Assembly: GCA_951406725.2 (NCBI GenBank)
Contig: OX597817.1
Location: forward strand, 138,260,001 to 138,324,000
Length of the DNA: 64,000 nt
Source of the DNA: Octopus vulgaris
Taxonomy: Eukaryota
Direction: 5' to 3'
The position numbers and the translations under genes were made by a program. Positions 13,462 to 26,985 of this stretch are shown one piece after another (positions within the stretch are counted from its first letter, which is position 1; the number at the start of each line of letters is the position of its first letter). The notes beneath the pieces were generated by a model, which saw only the letters and a list, made by a program, of their open reading frames with translations, searched no databases and was not told where the DNA came from.

Positions 13462-13861
13462 TGATAATAATAATAAACTACAAGAACGACGACTAAGCTA
13501 TGTTTTCTTTTTCCTCCAGCATGTCACGGTTGTCAAGAGATGTCTTAACCAAATTTTATACTTTTATTTCTCTCTCTTTGTCTGCCTGTCTGTCTGTCTG
13601 TCTCATTCTCTCTCTCCTTCTTTTTCTCTCCACCTCTCTCTCTCTCTCTCCTCCGTTCCTTTCTCATCTCATCCAGATTCAAAATGATGTCATCGTTTTC
13701 TACTTCATTCGTCTTCATCATCACCGCCACTGCCAACACCATCCTCACTTCTCCTTCCAACACCAACACCGCCCTCATCCTCACTACAAAACCACCATCG
13801 CCCCCACCCCACCTCTCTCTCTCTATCTATCTATCTATCTTTCTATCTATCTATCTATCTT

Positions 13862-13964
<103 letters not shown>

Positions 13965-14544
13965 CTCATAATAACCTTACTATTTCGGTTCCTGTGTTGC
14001 AGAAGACTTTGTTACAGTTATTCCATAAACAAAGTTTAGAAATCCAGTTCGCTTCAACTGTGAGACGTGACTGCCTCCAGATATATATATTGCTGCACAT
14101 GGCTGTGTGCGCATGCGTATATGAGCGTCGTCTCTGTGTTGTACGTGTGTAAACGCATGTTGTGTGTGTGTGTGTGTGTTTGTGTGTCTTTCTACTGGTG
14201 CATTCTCCTTCTTCTGTTATGTGATGTCGGTGTATATTCGAGTTTATATATTTTACGTTTCAGACAGTGCGGTGCACTCAAACTGGTTCTCTGCGAATAT
14301 GTCTCCAACACAATGTAGCTATGCTAGGCGCACGCACTCACTCACACGCATATGTATCTACATGTATAGACAGATTTATATCCATATGAATATATTATAT
14401 GTATATGTGTGCGCGTGTGTGTGTTTGTGTGTGTGTATGTGTATGTGTGTGTGTGTGTATGTGTGTGTGTGTGTGTGTGTGTGTTTGTGTACACATACAT
14501 ATACACATATATTGCTACTGCGGCTACTGTTGTTGCTGTTGTAG

Positions 14545-14560
14545 TTATTATTATTATTAT

Positions 14561-14593
<33 letters not shown>

Positions 14594-14634
14594 CAGCAGC
14601 AGCAGCAGCAGCATCACCATCATCATCATCATCA

Positions 14635-14709
<75 letters not shown>

Positions 14710-14720
14710 TTTTCATTATT
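14545..14720 (+). repeat. Compound (TTA)(TAG)(CAG)(CAT)(TAT)n microsatellite
   Basis: Direct read. Confidence 0.95.
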
Positions 14721-14769
14721 ATACGCACAACAGATTAGATTGTTGGAAAAGAAAAAATCCTAACAAGAA

Positions 14770-16135
14770 ATCTTAGATACCAAGAACCCTCCTTAGCATC
14801 CTAGCTGTCCGCAATAACACTGTTTTCTGGAGCTGTACTAAACTGGGTTTTATTCCTTTTTTCCTCTATCCATTTGTTCAGATCTTTACGGATAGTTCCC
14901 AATGCACCTTTAACTACCGGGATACATTTTACCCGCACTTTCCATAGTCTTTGTAATTCAATGGCTACGTCCTGGTACTTCCATATTTTTTCTCTACCTC
15001 CCATATTGATTTTTTTCATCATTTGGGACTATAAAGTCCATTATCTGGCACTTTCTATTATCTTTATCTACTACTACCAAACCAGGCCTTCTAGCTTTTA
15101 TTGCTCTGTCTGTCTGAATGTTAAAGTCCCACAACTTCTTATATTTATTACTTTCTATTAATTTACTAGGGACATGTTCATACCATTTATCAGTATGTTC
15201 AAATCCTAGCTTTCTACATAACAAACTCCCAGTGGATTTCTCTCCCTAGATTCTCATGTTTTTTTCTAGTATTCTTTCTGTGCCAGCATGCTACATTCAC
15301 TTACTATACGAGTAACACTTTCCTCTTTTGATTTACATAACTTACATTGGGAATCTACTTTCTTTTTCTCTGTCTTGGTTTTTTTATCCAATTAGTCCTT
15401 CATGCTTGATCTTTTACTGCTACTAACAAACTTTCTGTCTCCCTCTTTCTGCAACCCTAACCATCCTAGCTTTCTACATAACTCCCAGTGGATTTCTCTC
15501 CCTAGATTCTCATGTTTTTTCTAGTATTCTTTCTGTGCCAGCATGCTACATTCACTTACTATACGAGTAACACTTTCCTCTTTTGATTTACATAACTTAC
15601 ATTGGGAATCTATTTTCTTTTTCTCTGTCTTGGTTTTTTATCCAATTAGTCCTTCATGCTTGATCTTTTACAGCTACTAACAAACTTTCTGTCTCCCTCT
15701 TTCTGCAACCATAACCATATCTCACTATTTCTATTTCCTGCATCTATCTTTGAGAATCTACCATGCAAAGCTTTCTCATTTGCCTTTTCGTTTCCCAATC
15801 TCCTACTGTTACACTAGCAGTTTTTCACTATTACCTATATCTACTTTAGCTAGCTCCACTCAGTCTTCCACTGATATTAACCCTCTTCCACCTTCCTTTC
15901 TAGGTAAGTAAAATCTTGCTACTCCTGCTCTTGGGTAAAGTCCTCCATTCATATTGAATCCCTTCTAAGTTCTTCTGTCTGGCTTTGCTAATTCAGATTT
16001 TATCCAATCTACAAAAGCTGCTGAATATCTAAGTAACGACACTACCCAAGTGTTTCACAACCTTCGCTAGCTTTGAACCATTTAGCTCTGACTTCATTAG
16101 CTTCCTCACTTTTCTGATGTACTTTGGACCTACCC
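14770..16135 (-). mobile_element. Decayed R4/Dong-like RLE non-LTR retrotransposon 3' part
   Basis: KWYEHVPSKLIESNKYKKLWDFNIQTDRAIKARRPGLVVVDK; KYQDVAIELQRLWKVRVKCIPVVKGALGTI. 3' end lies next to a (TAA)n tract. Confidence 0.85.
15203..15718. repeat. 260-bp tandem duplication within the LINE fragment
   Basis: ATCCTAGCTTTCTACATAAC... starts at 15203 and again at 15463; copies nearly identical. Confidence 0.9.
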
Positions 16136-16471
16136 TCTCTCTATATATATATATATGTGCATAAATATATAGATGTGTGTATGTATTTGTGTGAAAATGT
16201 GAATATCTGCTCAAAGAAAAGTACAAAGAACACATTGGGAATGAATTCGAAGTTTTACCTTTCCGTTATACTGTCTGACGAACAGGATCACAAGTAAAAC
16301 TTCGAAGTTACTCTCAATGTTTTCTTTGTAAAACTAGATGTTACACTCAACACATTTCTTGAATGCTTGTTTTCAATTCACTGAAGATATTTGTATGTAA
16401 TTATCCTTAAACATAGATACACGCATATTATAAAAATACATTTTTACCTCTCTCTGTTTTCTGTGTGTGTG

Positions 16472-16502
<31 letters not shown>

Positions 16503-16565
16503 ACCTCTCTCGCTCTCTCTCAACCTCTCTCTCTCTCTCTCTCTCTCCATTTTTTCCTCTCATCC

Positions 16566-16601
16566 CTTTCTGCCGAAGAGAGTAGGCTCGAAACGTCAAA
16601 G
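16566..16601 (+). ncRNA. Minimal hammerhead-like motif, core CUGCCGA (A6C)
   Basis: CTTT-CTGCCGA-A-GAGA(GTAG)GCTC-GAAA-CG-TC-AAAG. Confidence 0.55.
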
Positions 16602-16806
16602 ACTTTTCCATTCTTCCTGAACGACAAACTGTATGTGTGTGTGTGTAAAAACACAAACTCTACGCACACTACACGCACACATACACTCACTGACTCACAC
16701 TTACATTCACATACACTCACTCATATATATATACATACACACACTTTCCCCAATGACTTTCGTCTTATTCCATGTCATAAAACCAACGGCATTGACTCTC
16801 TCTCTC

Positions 16807-16843
<37 letters not shown>

Positions 16844-17183
16844 TTTGCATCGTACACACATGCACGCTTATATACACACACATACACATGCACGCACACA
16901 TACACACACACAAACACCATCAACAACAACACCAACAACAACAGATTAATGTTTTTGAATTTTCCAATAAAAAAACGTTTTCTTGACGAATATTGTCAAT
17001 ATCTGGATTAGAAATGTTGCCATGACAACAGCTGCAGGTGTTACATAATCTTTTGGCTGTCATTACCTCCAGTTATTTTCATTATTATAGCTTTTGTTGC
17101 TGTTGCTGCTGCCGTTGGTATTCTCCTGTTATTGCTGTTGTTGTTGCTGTTGTTGTTGTTGCTGCAGCTGCTGGTGGTATTAG

Positions 17184-17436
17184 AGGTGGTGGTGGTGGTG
17201 GTGGTGGTGGTTGTGGTGGTGGTTGTGGTGGTGGTGGTGGTGGTGGTGGTGGTGGTGGTGGTGGTGGTGGTGGTGGTGGTGGTGGTGGTGGTGGTGGTGG
17301 TGGTGGTGGTGGTGGTGGTGGTGGTGGTGGTGGTGGTGGTGGTGGTGGTGGTGTTTGTGGTGGTGGTGGTGGTGGTGGTGGTGGTGGTGGTGGTGGTGGT
17401 GGTGGTGGTGGTGGTGGTGGTGGTGGTGGTGGTGGT
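17184..17436 (+). repeat. (GGT)n microsatellite, about 250 bp
   Basis: Direct read; flanked by (GTT)/(GTC) tracts. Confidence 0.97.
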
Positions 17437-17859
17437 GTGTTGCTTTTGTTGTTGTCGTGGTTGTTTTGTTGTTGTTGTAGAGGTTGTTGTTGTCGTCGTC
17501 GTCGTTGTCGTTGTCGTCGTCGTCGTCGTCGTTGTCGTTGTCGTCGTTGTTGTATACAATTTAAAAAAAAAAAAAAAGCAGATCAGAATTTTCCATTCCG
17601 CCGTCGAATCCAATTAGTTTTTCTTCATGCCGGAAGACCGACAACGAACCGAAGCTCAACCAACGTTGCTGTAAGAGAGAAAACACCAACACAATACAAG
17701 CATTTATAGCCGGAAATATTATCAGTCGGTAAAAAAAAAAGGTACGTGTAAACTGTCTTCATTGGTAACCTGTCTTTACACTAAATGGATGCGGTTGCAC
17801 CAATTGAAAAGGATAGGGAGGACGGACGCTGCTCTCGTTTATCCTCATCATCCAATAGA

Positions 17860-18145
17860 TGTCGCGGACAAGCCGGTTTCATCCGGTGTTATAAAATGTA
17901 GCTTGCTTTTCTCTATGGTTTCAAATGAAGCGGCGTACAGCTTCTCGCTCCTAAAAAGCCCCCTGATTGGGATGAGACAGATAAAGGGCCAAACATACTC
18001 AGCTGGGACTCACTCTCAACTCAGCAGACTGGAGCAATGTGAAATGAAGTGACTGGCTCAAGGACACAACCCATGAACCGTCCAGTCCAGGAAGCGAACC
18101 TACGATCTTATGAGTGTGAGTCTAGCACTCAAGCCACTAGGCCAC
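17860..18145 (-). mobile_element. Diverged SINE related to family D
   Basis: GACTGGAGCAATGTGAAATGAAGTG...GCTCAAGGACACAAC and a tRNA-like head on the minus strand. Confidence 0.55.
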
Positions 18146-18150
18146 AAGAG

Positions 18151-18203
<53 letters not shown>

Positions 18204-18281
18204 TATATTTATTGTCATCATCGTCGTCATCATCATCATCATCATCACCATCGCCATCATCATCATCATCATTATCATCAA

Positions 18282-18312
<31 letters not shown>

Positions 18313-18691
18313 GTCATCATCATCATCGTTGTCGTCATCATCATCATCATCATCATCATCGTCGTCGTCGTCGTCATCGTCATCATCATCATCGTTGTCG
18401 TCATCATCATCATCATCATCGTCGTCGTCGTCGTCGTCATCGTCGTCATCATCATCATCATCATCATCATCGTCGTCGTCGTCGTCGTCGTCATCATCTT
18501 CGTCGTCGTCATCGTCGTCGTCATCATTATCATCATCATCGTCATCGTCGTCGTCGTCGTCATCATCATCATCGTCGTCGTCGTCGTCGTCGTCATCGTC
18601 AACATCATCATCATCGTCATCATCATCATCGTCATCATTATCGTCGTCGTCATCGTCGTCGTCATCATCATCATCATCGTCGTCGTCGTCG

Positions 18692-18726
<35 letters not shown>

Positions 18727-18802
18727 GTCGTCGTCGTCATCGTCATCATCATCATCATCATCATCGTCATCATCATCATCATCTTCATCGCCATTATCAT
18801 CA
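18151..18802 (+). repeat. (ATC/GTC)n mosaic trinucleotide array, about 650 bp
   Basis: Direct read. Confidence 0.97.
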
Positions 18803-19034
18803 GGTATCGTCCAGAAATTTGAATACCATGTGCCACCAATTACATTTTTCATTTGTTCAAACTGCAGATATTATCCATATCCACCCAACACATAATTTGC
18901 CGATGCGAAGAGAAGACAAACTACATCCATGGCGTGCCAACGATACGAACTCGCACCCACTTATTTCATTGCTGCTCATATATAGTATTCGTTCACAGCA
19001 GCAGCTCTATGTCACCTAATTTAGGGATTTCGAA

Positions 19035-19225
19035 TTTTGGCACAAGGCCAGTAATTTCAAGGCAGGAGCTAAGTCGATTGCATCGATCCCAGAGTTCAGC
19101 CACTAACTTATTTTATCGACCTCGAAAGGATGAAAGGCGAAGTCGATCTCGCAGAATTTGAACTCAGAGCGTAAAGACTCAGAGCATTTTGCCCGGCGTT
19201 CTAAGGATTCGGCCAGCTCGCTGCC
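19035..19225 (-). mobile_element. SINE family A variant
   Basis: CGAAAGGATGAAAGGCGAAGTCGATCTCG...GAATTTGAACTCAGA. Confidence 0.7.
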
Positions 19226-19456
19226 CTGTCAGATAATTTACTAAAATGACGACAGCCAACCTTACAGGCATTTTTGGTTGTAGTATTTCTTGTAAAAAAA
19301 AATATGCCGTATAAACTGCTGCTGTCTTTTGAGTGAAAATTATGGAGAATGGTTTCACGATACGGAGTCGAACCATTTGTGTTCTGGTTTGAATATTTCT
19401 TACAATTAACGAACTAACCCAATAGGGTTATTCCAAGAAGGAATTGTTTTAAAAGC

Positions 19457-19509
<53 letters not shown>

Positions 19510-19545
19510 CGGCAGTAGTAGTAGGCAGTAGCAGCAGCAGCAGCG

Positions 19546-19588
<43 letters not shown>

Positions 19589-19684
19589 AAGCGGCAGCAG
19601 CAGCAGCAGTAGTAGTAGCAGCAGCAGCAGCGGCAGCAGTAGTAGTAGTAGTTGTTGTTGTTGTTGTTGATGATGATGAGGATG

Positions 19685-19717
<33 letters not shown>

Positions 19718-20361
19718 ATCGTCTACATCTTTTCCCCAAACAACACTGCAAATCCCCTGTCCACACAACAACAACAAATGCCACCTCAATCAAGACAAGA
19801 CGCGAAGACATCTGCTATTCCGATTACGCTCTGTGAGAGTTGCTCTGGGACAAGTTATCCAGTCCTGGCCACCTCCTCTTACACACCCTGTTAAAGCTCC
19901 CTTTATATTTTAGGCGCCGTTACTGAGCTCTCGCTTTCACTTTTCCCACACACAAATGTCACAAACCATCCAGGTAGGCCCTAAACCCCACCGTTTCTAA
20001 TCGTTTTTTTTTTCCTCACACACTTCGATTACTGCAATCACTCCCCAATATATTTATTTCGTCCATCAAAGAGATAAACAAACTGACGTTGTTTGCCCCT
20101 CGGACAACCGGAATTACCGATTATTTTTTATTAACCTCGAAACAGTGACATCGCTTGGGCCCCTCCCCGACTGCCTCAACTTCTTAAAATAAAATAACTT
20201 CCTCTGGTATTCGTGTGAATCATCTCTTTTCTGAGACGTGACAACGGGAGAATATTCAACAAGTTTGATATACAGACAGGCGAACCACCAGAGATAACAC
20301 TATATGGATCATTCGCCGTGACAAAAATAACAATGACTGTGTGTGTATGTGTGTATGTATA

Positions 20362-20769
20362 CTCTTACTCTTTTACTTGTTTCAGTCATTTGACTGCGGC
20401 CATGCTGGAGCACCACCTTTAGTCGAGCAAATCGACCCCGGGACTTATTCTTTGTAAGCCCAGTACTTATTCTATCGGTCTCTTTTTGCCGAACCGCTAG
20501 GTGACGGGGACATAAACACACCAGCATCGGTTTTCAAGCGATGGTGGGGGGACAAACATATATACACACATACATACATATACATATATATATATATACA
20601 TATATACGACAGGCTTCTTTCAGTTTCCGTCTACCAAATCCACTCACAAGGCATTGGTCGGCCCGAAGCTATAGCAGAAGACACTTGCCCAAGATGCCAC
20701 GCAGTGGGACTGAACCCAGAACCATGTGGTTGGTAAGCAAGCTACTTACCACACAGCCACTCCTGCGCC
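20362..20769 (-). mobile_element. SINE family B, full length
   Basis: Reverse complement of the 33729-34182 element. Confidence 0.88.
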
Positions 20770-20982
20770 TATGTCAGCATCATAGGAATGTGTATGTGTA
20801 TGTGTATATGTATGTATGTATGTATATATGTATATATGTATGTGTGTGTGTGCGTATGTATGTATGTATGTATGTATGTATGTATGTATATATGTATGTG
20901 TGTGTGTGCGTATGTATGTATGTATGTATGTATGTATGTATGTATGTATGTATGTATGTATGTATGCAAGTGTGTGTGTATG

Positions 20983-21480
20983 TAGCTATTGATCGTAGCA
21001 GGTGGAGGATTGTGTACGAGGAGACACCTACTCTTGAGAAATCTTGAATTACGCATGAGAAAGTAAGGAAGGATGTCAGGAATGGCTTCAGTGTTGCACT
21101 TCCAGGCGGTAAGGGTCTTCCTATGATGCTGACATGCAGTGTCTGTGCAAAACCCTGCCTCAGTAAAGCTGGACTCAAGAGTCATCTTCGTAATCATAAA
21201 GCGAGACCGATGAGTGACAACCAGGCCATTGGTGGTGGTGTTACCCACCATACTAATCATATCTGTCAGGCATGTGGAAGGGAGTGTGATTCGAAGGGAG
21301 GATTTAAACGACATACAAAAGTATATGAAGCCCAGTTACAACTACAGCCAGCTATTGCCAGTAAAGGTTTTAGTTGCCAATTCTGTACAAGACATTGTAG
21401 ATCTTTAGCTGGGCTAAAAAGTCACATTCGATCACAGCACCATTGTGAAATGGCCATACTCGATAACGAGGGGGGTAAAT
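20983..21480 (+). mobile_element. RTE-clade LINE 3' end with three C2H2-like zinc fingers, embedded in (TATG)n
   Basis: AIDRSRWR followed by CSVCAKPCLSKAGLKSHLRNH, CQACGRECDSKGGFKRHTKVY and CQFCTRHCRSLAGLKSHIRSQH. Confidence 0.65.
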
Positions 21481-21789
21481 ATCATGTATGTATGTATGTA
21501 TGTATGTATGTATGCATGTATGTATGTATTATGTATGTATGTTTGTATGTATGCATGTATGCATGCATATATGTATGTATGTATGTTTGTATGTATGTAT
21601 GTATGTATGTATGTATGTATGTATGTATGTATGTATGTATGTATGTATGTATGTATGTATGTATACAGCCGTATATGTATATATTTTCTCTTCTATTTTT
21701 GATTATTTGAAATCTTCCTCTCTGGAAGAAGCTTGTTTCTAAAAAAGATTTTAAAACCCATCATTGGAAAAAAGATAACAAAGACTTTA

Positions 21790-23030
21790 TTACATTTTAA
21801 ACTTGAGAAAAGTCTTACATATTTTTACTGTTCCACTTACAGATTGTATATGTAATGCGCAAATTAGCTGATTGATTTCTTTTTCTAAAAACCCCTTATT
21901 TATTTATTCAGAAAAGAAAAAGCATCAACTCTTATTGGTACACATGTGAAGTTATAATCTGGATATAGAAACTGGAGATTTGGAAACAGCTGTCCGTAGT
22001 TGTCCACTTTTTCTTTGACAGCCGGCCTTTATGATGATATAAACAATTTTACTGTCCGTCGCAAACAACAATGTCCGGCCTGTTATGTTTACACTTGACA
22101 GATGTTTTGAGGGGAATGTTCCTCCAGTATTTCTTGTACGGGTATTTGTGTTTTGTATTCAGTTGTAGAACTGAGATCTTATATTTATTCCTGGACAGAC
22201 TTTTTTTTCTAATCGTATTGCGTATTGTTTTTTGCGACAACATCGTACCTTGATGACATTCTGGGACAACTGCTAATCACAGGTGTCGTGTCTTTGACAG
22301 AAATATAACATAATCTACATTCTTAGTTGCGTTTTGGGGCTCCAACGGTTTCTTCCCCCATGTAGATACCCGTTGTTCTCAGGAGATGCGAAACAGAATT
22401 CAGAAGCGGAATGGAAACAGTTGAGAAGCAACTGGTGCATCTGATGTGTGGCACCAGTTCTATGCATTGATGTGTCTGAGAATCAGCAGAAAATTTGGAT
22501 CTTTTCGCTTTGACCGGCAGATTTTTAAAATAATTTCTTTGTAACTAAACACTTTTAAACTTCGTATACTGACAAACAACGGCAGAAATTGTATTCACCT
22601 CAATAGACGCCATTGATAGGCTGAAATTGCTAAAATGCAAGACATTAAACAACAAATAGCTTACAAACTACAGAATTTTCTCAAGAAAGCCAAGAGAAAA
22701 AGATGTTTTATGTAACACACTATCAGTATACGAAGTTTAAAAGTGTTTAGTTACAAAGAAATTATTTTAAAAATCTGCCGGTCAAAGTGAAAAGATCCGA
22801 AAATTTTCGGGATTTATCAGTTGAAGACATTTAAACTTCGGTTCCATGTAGCATGGTGCCGTAAGTTTGTAGGTGTCCGTTGTTATGTTGGGATCTTTTA
22901 CTGTATATCAGTAGAAATTATTGTTACATTGCGTATTTCTCAAGAAAATATTACTTCTTCCATTATCAGTTTGGTCCGTATACGAATTCTCAAAATAAAG
23001 CACCTGCGGTTTAAGGCAGCTCTTGAAAGT
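21790..23030 (-). mobile_element. Decayed RLE-type non-LTR retrotransposon fragment (second family), interrupted by a MITE
   Basis: WRNIPLKTSVKCKHNRPDIVV; homologous to 27700-28470 and 34480-34700. Confidence 0.65.
22497..22798. mobile_element. MITE with ~75-bp TIRs and 8-bp TSD (hAT/P-like)
   Basis: GGATCTTTTCGCTTTGACCGGCAGATTTTT... / ...AAAAATCTGCCGGTCAAAGTGAAAAGATCC; TSD GAAAATTT. Confidence 0.9.
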
Positions 23031-23100
23031 AGTTGCTCGGGCATTGTTTTATTATCAGGCATTGTCATTATCCTCATCATTGTTGTTGTTGTTGTTGTTA

Positions 23101-23300
23101 AGGCGGCGAGCTAGCAGGATCGTTAGCACGCCGGACAAAATGCTTAGCGGTATTTCTTCCGGCTTTACATTCTGAGTCGAAATTCCACTGATGAATTTCA
23201 TCCTTTAAGGGTCGATAAAATAAGTGCCAGTTGAGCACAGGGGTCGATGTTATCGACGTGCTTCTGCCCTAAAATTTCAAGCCTTGTGCCTATAGAAGAA
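23101..23300 (+). mobile_element. SINE family A variant
   Basis: AGGCGGCGAGCTAGCAGGATCGTTAGCACGCCGG head. Confidence 0.75.
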
Positions 23301-23429
23301 AAAATTCATTTGGTTTCCTTTTATGACATCGTGTTAATTGAAAGTTGTCGTAATGGCTAAGGGGCATAACTCTGATTTTTTTCAGCAGTATTAACTCCCT
23401 TTATGTACACTTCAAATTTCAGCCAAGGT

Positions 23430-23848
23430 GTATTCTTCAATCATGTGCTGACCATCCGGACAAAGATCATGGTTTTCCGTGCCATTGTCCTGTAAACTCT
23501 ACGCTTGTGAGACTTGGACGTTTTACCGCCGTGACTTCAAGCGCCTTGTATTGCTGCACTACCAAGTGTCGAAGCCACCATACTTCACCAGCGTATAGAG
23601 CCCTCTCGTCTCCGAAGGATCATGCTCTACGGAGAACTTGCAATCGGAACAAGATCCAGAGGAGGTCTGAAATTGCGTTTTAAAGACCAACTCAAACGGA
23701 CTCTGGTTCAAGCTAACATCCAGCCATCCTCATTAGAACAGATTGCCATGGATAGGACAGCCTGGTGGACTGCTATCCGCAATGGAGTCAGCTACTTCGA
23801 GCAGGACAGACAAAAGAATGAGGAGGCAAAATGCAGAAGAAAAGAGCT
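23430..23848 (+). mobile_element. RTE-clade LINE ORF C-terminal fragment
   Basis: YACETWT and MLYGELAIGTRSRGGLKLRFKDQLK...AMDRTAWWTAI. Confidence 0.8.
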
Positions 23849-25364
23849 ATTTCTTTACTGCCCGCAAGGGGCTAAACACAGAGAGGACAAACAAGTACAG
23901 ACAAACAGATTAAGTCGATTATATCGACCCCAGTACGTAACTGGTACTTAATTTATCGACCCCGAAAGGATGAAAGGCAAAGTCATACGTACGTACGTAT
24001 GAGTGTGTATGCATGTATGTATATATATGCGTGCGCATGCCCGAACACACATCTATGATACATCGCTAACAAGAATAAACCATTCTGAAGTTATCTGCAC
24101 TTGTTGCCATTGAGCAAATAATATTCGTCGTCGATCAATATTAATTCTTTAAGGCGAACCGGCAGAATGGTTAGCACAGCAGGCAGAAAGCTTATCAGCA
24201 TTTCGTTTTGTGTTCAAATGCCGCCGGGATTGACTTTGCTTTCATCCTTTCGGGCTCTATGTACAAGCTGAAAACTGGGGTCGATGTAATCGACTTGTTC
24301 ACTCCCCGCGAAATTGTTGGCCTTCTGCCAAAATTTGAAACCATTATTAATTCTTATTGTTTCGCTCCATCTTTAATTTACAAAAGACATTTTCGCAAAA
24401 ATCGCTGCCTTCCGAAAGATGTTTAAATCCTTTCAGAGCAAAACATTGCTTGGAAGAAAAAAAAATCAAGAAAATGTCGAAATAAAGAAAATCTTAGAAA
24501 TTGAAACAATCAGGCGGTAGGACGGTTATGAAAGCCACAATAATAACTGGAGCGCAAAGTGTGACAGAGAACAACAAAAATAAAACATAAAAAAACAATA
24601 AGAGGGTCATAACTTTATTAATAGTAAAAAAAATAATAACCCTGCTCTGAACAACCCAGGAAGACACAACCTTGTTAAGCTAGGGCAAAGACCTTCCTGC
24701 ACAACCCAACTAGACAAGACTCTGCAAAACAAAATCCTGCTAAACGCAACCCTGTTAGTCGCGGTTCACATCCTAAGCAAAAGCGGTTTGCTTCAGCACC
24801 TCAACCCACACACTTAATCTACACAACTCACACAAATATGAGAGTTTCAACAACTGGCAACTGATCTTGTAACCTAACACACAAACACACAATCACCACA
24901 ATAAAAGACCACCGCTGTCACATCACAACAAAAACAACTGCTGCTGCTTCTACTACTACCACTACTACTACTGCTGCTGCTGCTGCTACTACACCCAGTA
25001 CCAACAAGTGATTATCTGTCAAGAGCAGACGAAGCTGATTAATTAATTTTGTATTTAAGTTCTAGTTGTCATAATTAGCGAAAATAAGAAAGCATCTCCG
25101 AACAAAAGGTGAACGGAATCCTTTCAGAAACGAGATAATTTTTTTTAATTAATTAAATATGGAATTAATGAGTTTAATTTTCATAACATAAATCTCATTT
25201 ATGTGATTCTATCCACAAAATAACTGCGATGTTCTTGTATGGAATCTATTATTCCTTATCAACCGAAATTATTAAACTTTACAATATTTGCCAACCTTTT
25301 ACCGAATTTACAGAAACATATTCGAATGCTTCAATCTTTCTGTCACGTTGTTCTTGTTGCTGCT

Positions 25365-25760
25365 GCTGCTGCTGCTCTTGAGCGTAGCGTTCTTCGTCCC
25401 AGAGCTCGCAAGATCGCGCCTCTGTAGTGGGAGAAGTCCGAAACGTGGTCCTTTGCTATTCGTAAGACCCGCAGAAGAGAAAGCAGGTCAACCCCCGACA
25501 CCGAGAGCATCGACGGATGGATGAATGCGCATCCAGGCTCAGCGGTTGCGTAGGAAGTCGGGGACAGGAAACAGGAAGAAAGAGTGAGAGAAAGTTGAAG
25601 CGATAGAGTACAACAGGGGTCACCACCACTCCCTGCAGGAGCCTCGTGGAGCTTTAGGTGTTTTCGCTCAATAAACACACACAACACGCGGTCTGGGAAT
25701 CGAAACCGCGATCCTCCGACCGCGAGTCCGCTGCCCTAACCACTGGGCCATTGCGCCTCC
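25365..25760 (-). mobile_element. tRNA-derived SINE family C with (CAG/CAA)n tail
   Basis: TGGAGGCGCAATGGCCCAGTGGTTAGGGCAGCGGACTCGCGGTCGGAGGATCGCGGTTTCGATTCCC head; homologous to 30500, 44530, 45990 and 56808. Confidence 0.88.
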
Positions 25761-26407
25761 AGTGCTGCTGCTGATGTCATAGTCGTTTTCATTGTTATTA
25801 TTTTGGTTGTTGTTGTTGTTTTAATTGTTGCTATGTTGTCGTTCTCGTCGTCGTCGTCGTCGCCATCGTTGTTGTTAATGCTGTCATTGTTATTGCTGTC
25901 GTCATTGATGTTACCTTTGTTATTTTTCAGCTACAGAACCAGCCAACCGCAAGCACCTACCCACTCCAGACAATTCTATTCAAGATATCTTCTGTCCAAG
26001 ATTATTCCGTCTCATATATTCTCCCCATAATGCAACCAGTTTTGCATTTTCCAATATTCCACCACCACCCCTTAAATAAAGAAAGGATTATATGGTTAAA
26101 CACATGTTTAGCTGTTAATCCTCGTTCTTCAACTGCTAATACAACAACAACTAATCCTTTTACACAAGCACACTGTTCCTCTCTTCCACATAAACCCGCC
26201 CAATTTACCCCACTTTTCTCCTTTCCACGTCCTTAATTTGTCACAAGAACGTCAATAATTCTCCAAAGTTTCCTCTCCACACTCGTGTGTCTATCCAGTG
26301 CTGACCGTAAATATAGATCCACATATCCAAAGAAACGAAGAGGAAAACGTTTCACATTACAACACAGTACCATATCCCCAATGAATTTCAATTAATGTAC
26401 AGTACAC

Positions 26408-26501
26408 TTATCTGATGACGTGCTATTGCTGGATCATGTTTATAAAATACTTATATTGTATGTGTAATATGAAAACTCAGCATAGAAACAATTGTTGAGA
26501 T
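26408..26501 (+). ncRNA. Decayed hammerhead-like motif with long stem II
   Basis: CTGATGA (26412-18) ... CTATTGCTG/CAGCATAG ... GAAA-C-AATT-GTT-GAGAT. The 5' strand of stem I is damaged. Confidence 0.35.
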
Positions 26502-26985
26502 TTGCATTAAAGCATGTTCATTCCATCTTGCATTAAAAACTCTATGTGTGTGCGTGTGTGCGCGCGCGCGTTCTCTTTCTCTTTTTAGTTTGGATTAAAT
26601 TTTGACCTGCCACCGCCTTGGTGGCAATGTTGTGAAGGAAAGTAACGTGATTTGATCACCATCTTTTAAATCTTGAAAAAGGCTTGTAGGTTATCATTGT
26701 TCCAGATATCTGGATCATTTGTAGCGTATGAATATCTAAACAGTGCAAAATTAATTGCAACGAATTTGAACACATGTCTCATGAATCCAGATTACGACAC
26801 TTATTTTCTCTAGTACATATTTCAGCGATAGATTTCCCATACATCACGGTGGTTGATAAAAACTAGAAATGTAAATCGTGGCGAAAGAAAAAATATAGCA
26901 AAGGTCTAAAACGCCCGATCATTTCATTCTTCAAGTTGTTCGTTAAAAAAAAGAAGAAAAAAACAAAAGAACTGGAGCTAGAATC

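Noticed and set aside
16230-16322. Imperfect inverted repeat containing CTGACGA
   Set aside because: A hairpin is present but the hammerhead boxes are not correctly arranged; likely a repeat remnant.
17038-17709. Gly/Cys/Arg-rich 223-aa ORF
   Set aside because: Produced by (GGT)n and (GTC/GTT)n microsatellites.
18049-18895. Long ORFs (poly-D, poly-S, poly-I/V, poly-M/T)
   Set aside because: Translations of a stop-free trinucleotide array with no non-repetitive domain.
26745-26830. Possible further tRNA relic (GTGTTCAAATTC B-box-like, minus strand)
   Set aside because: No cloverleaf or convincing alignment to the neighbouring tRNAs.
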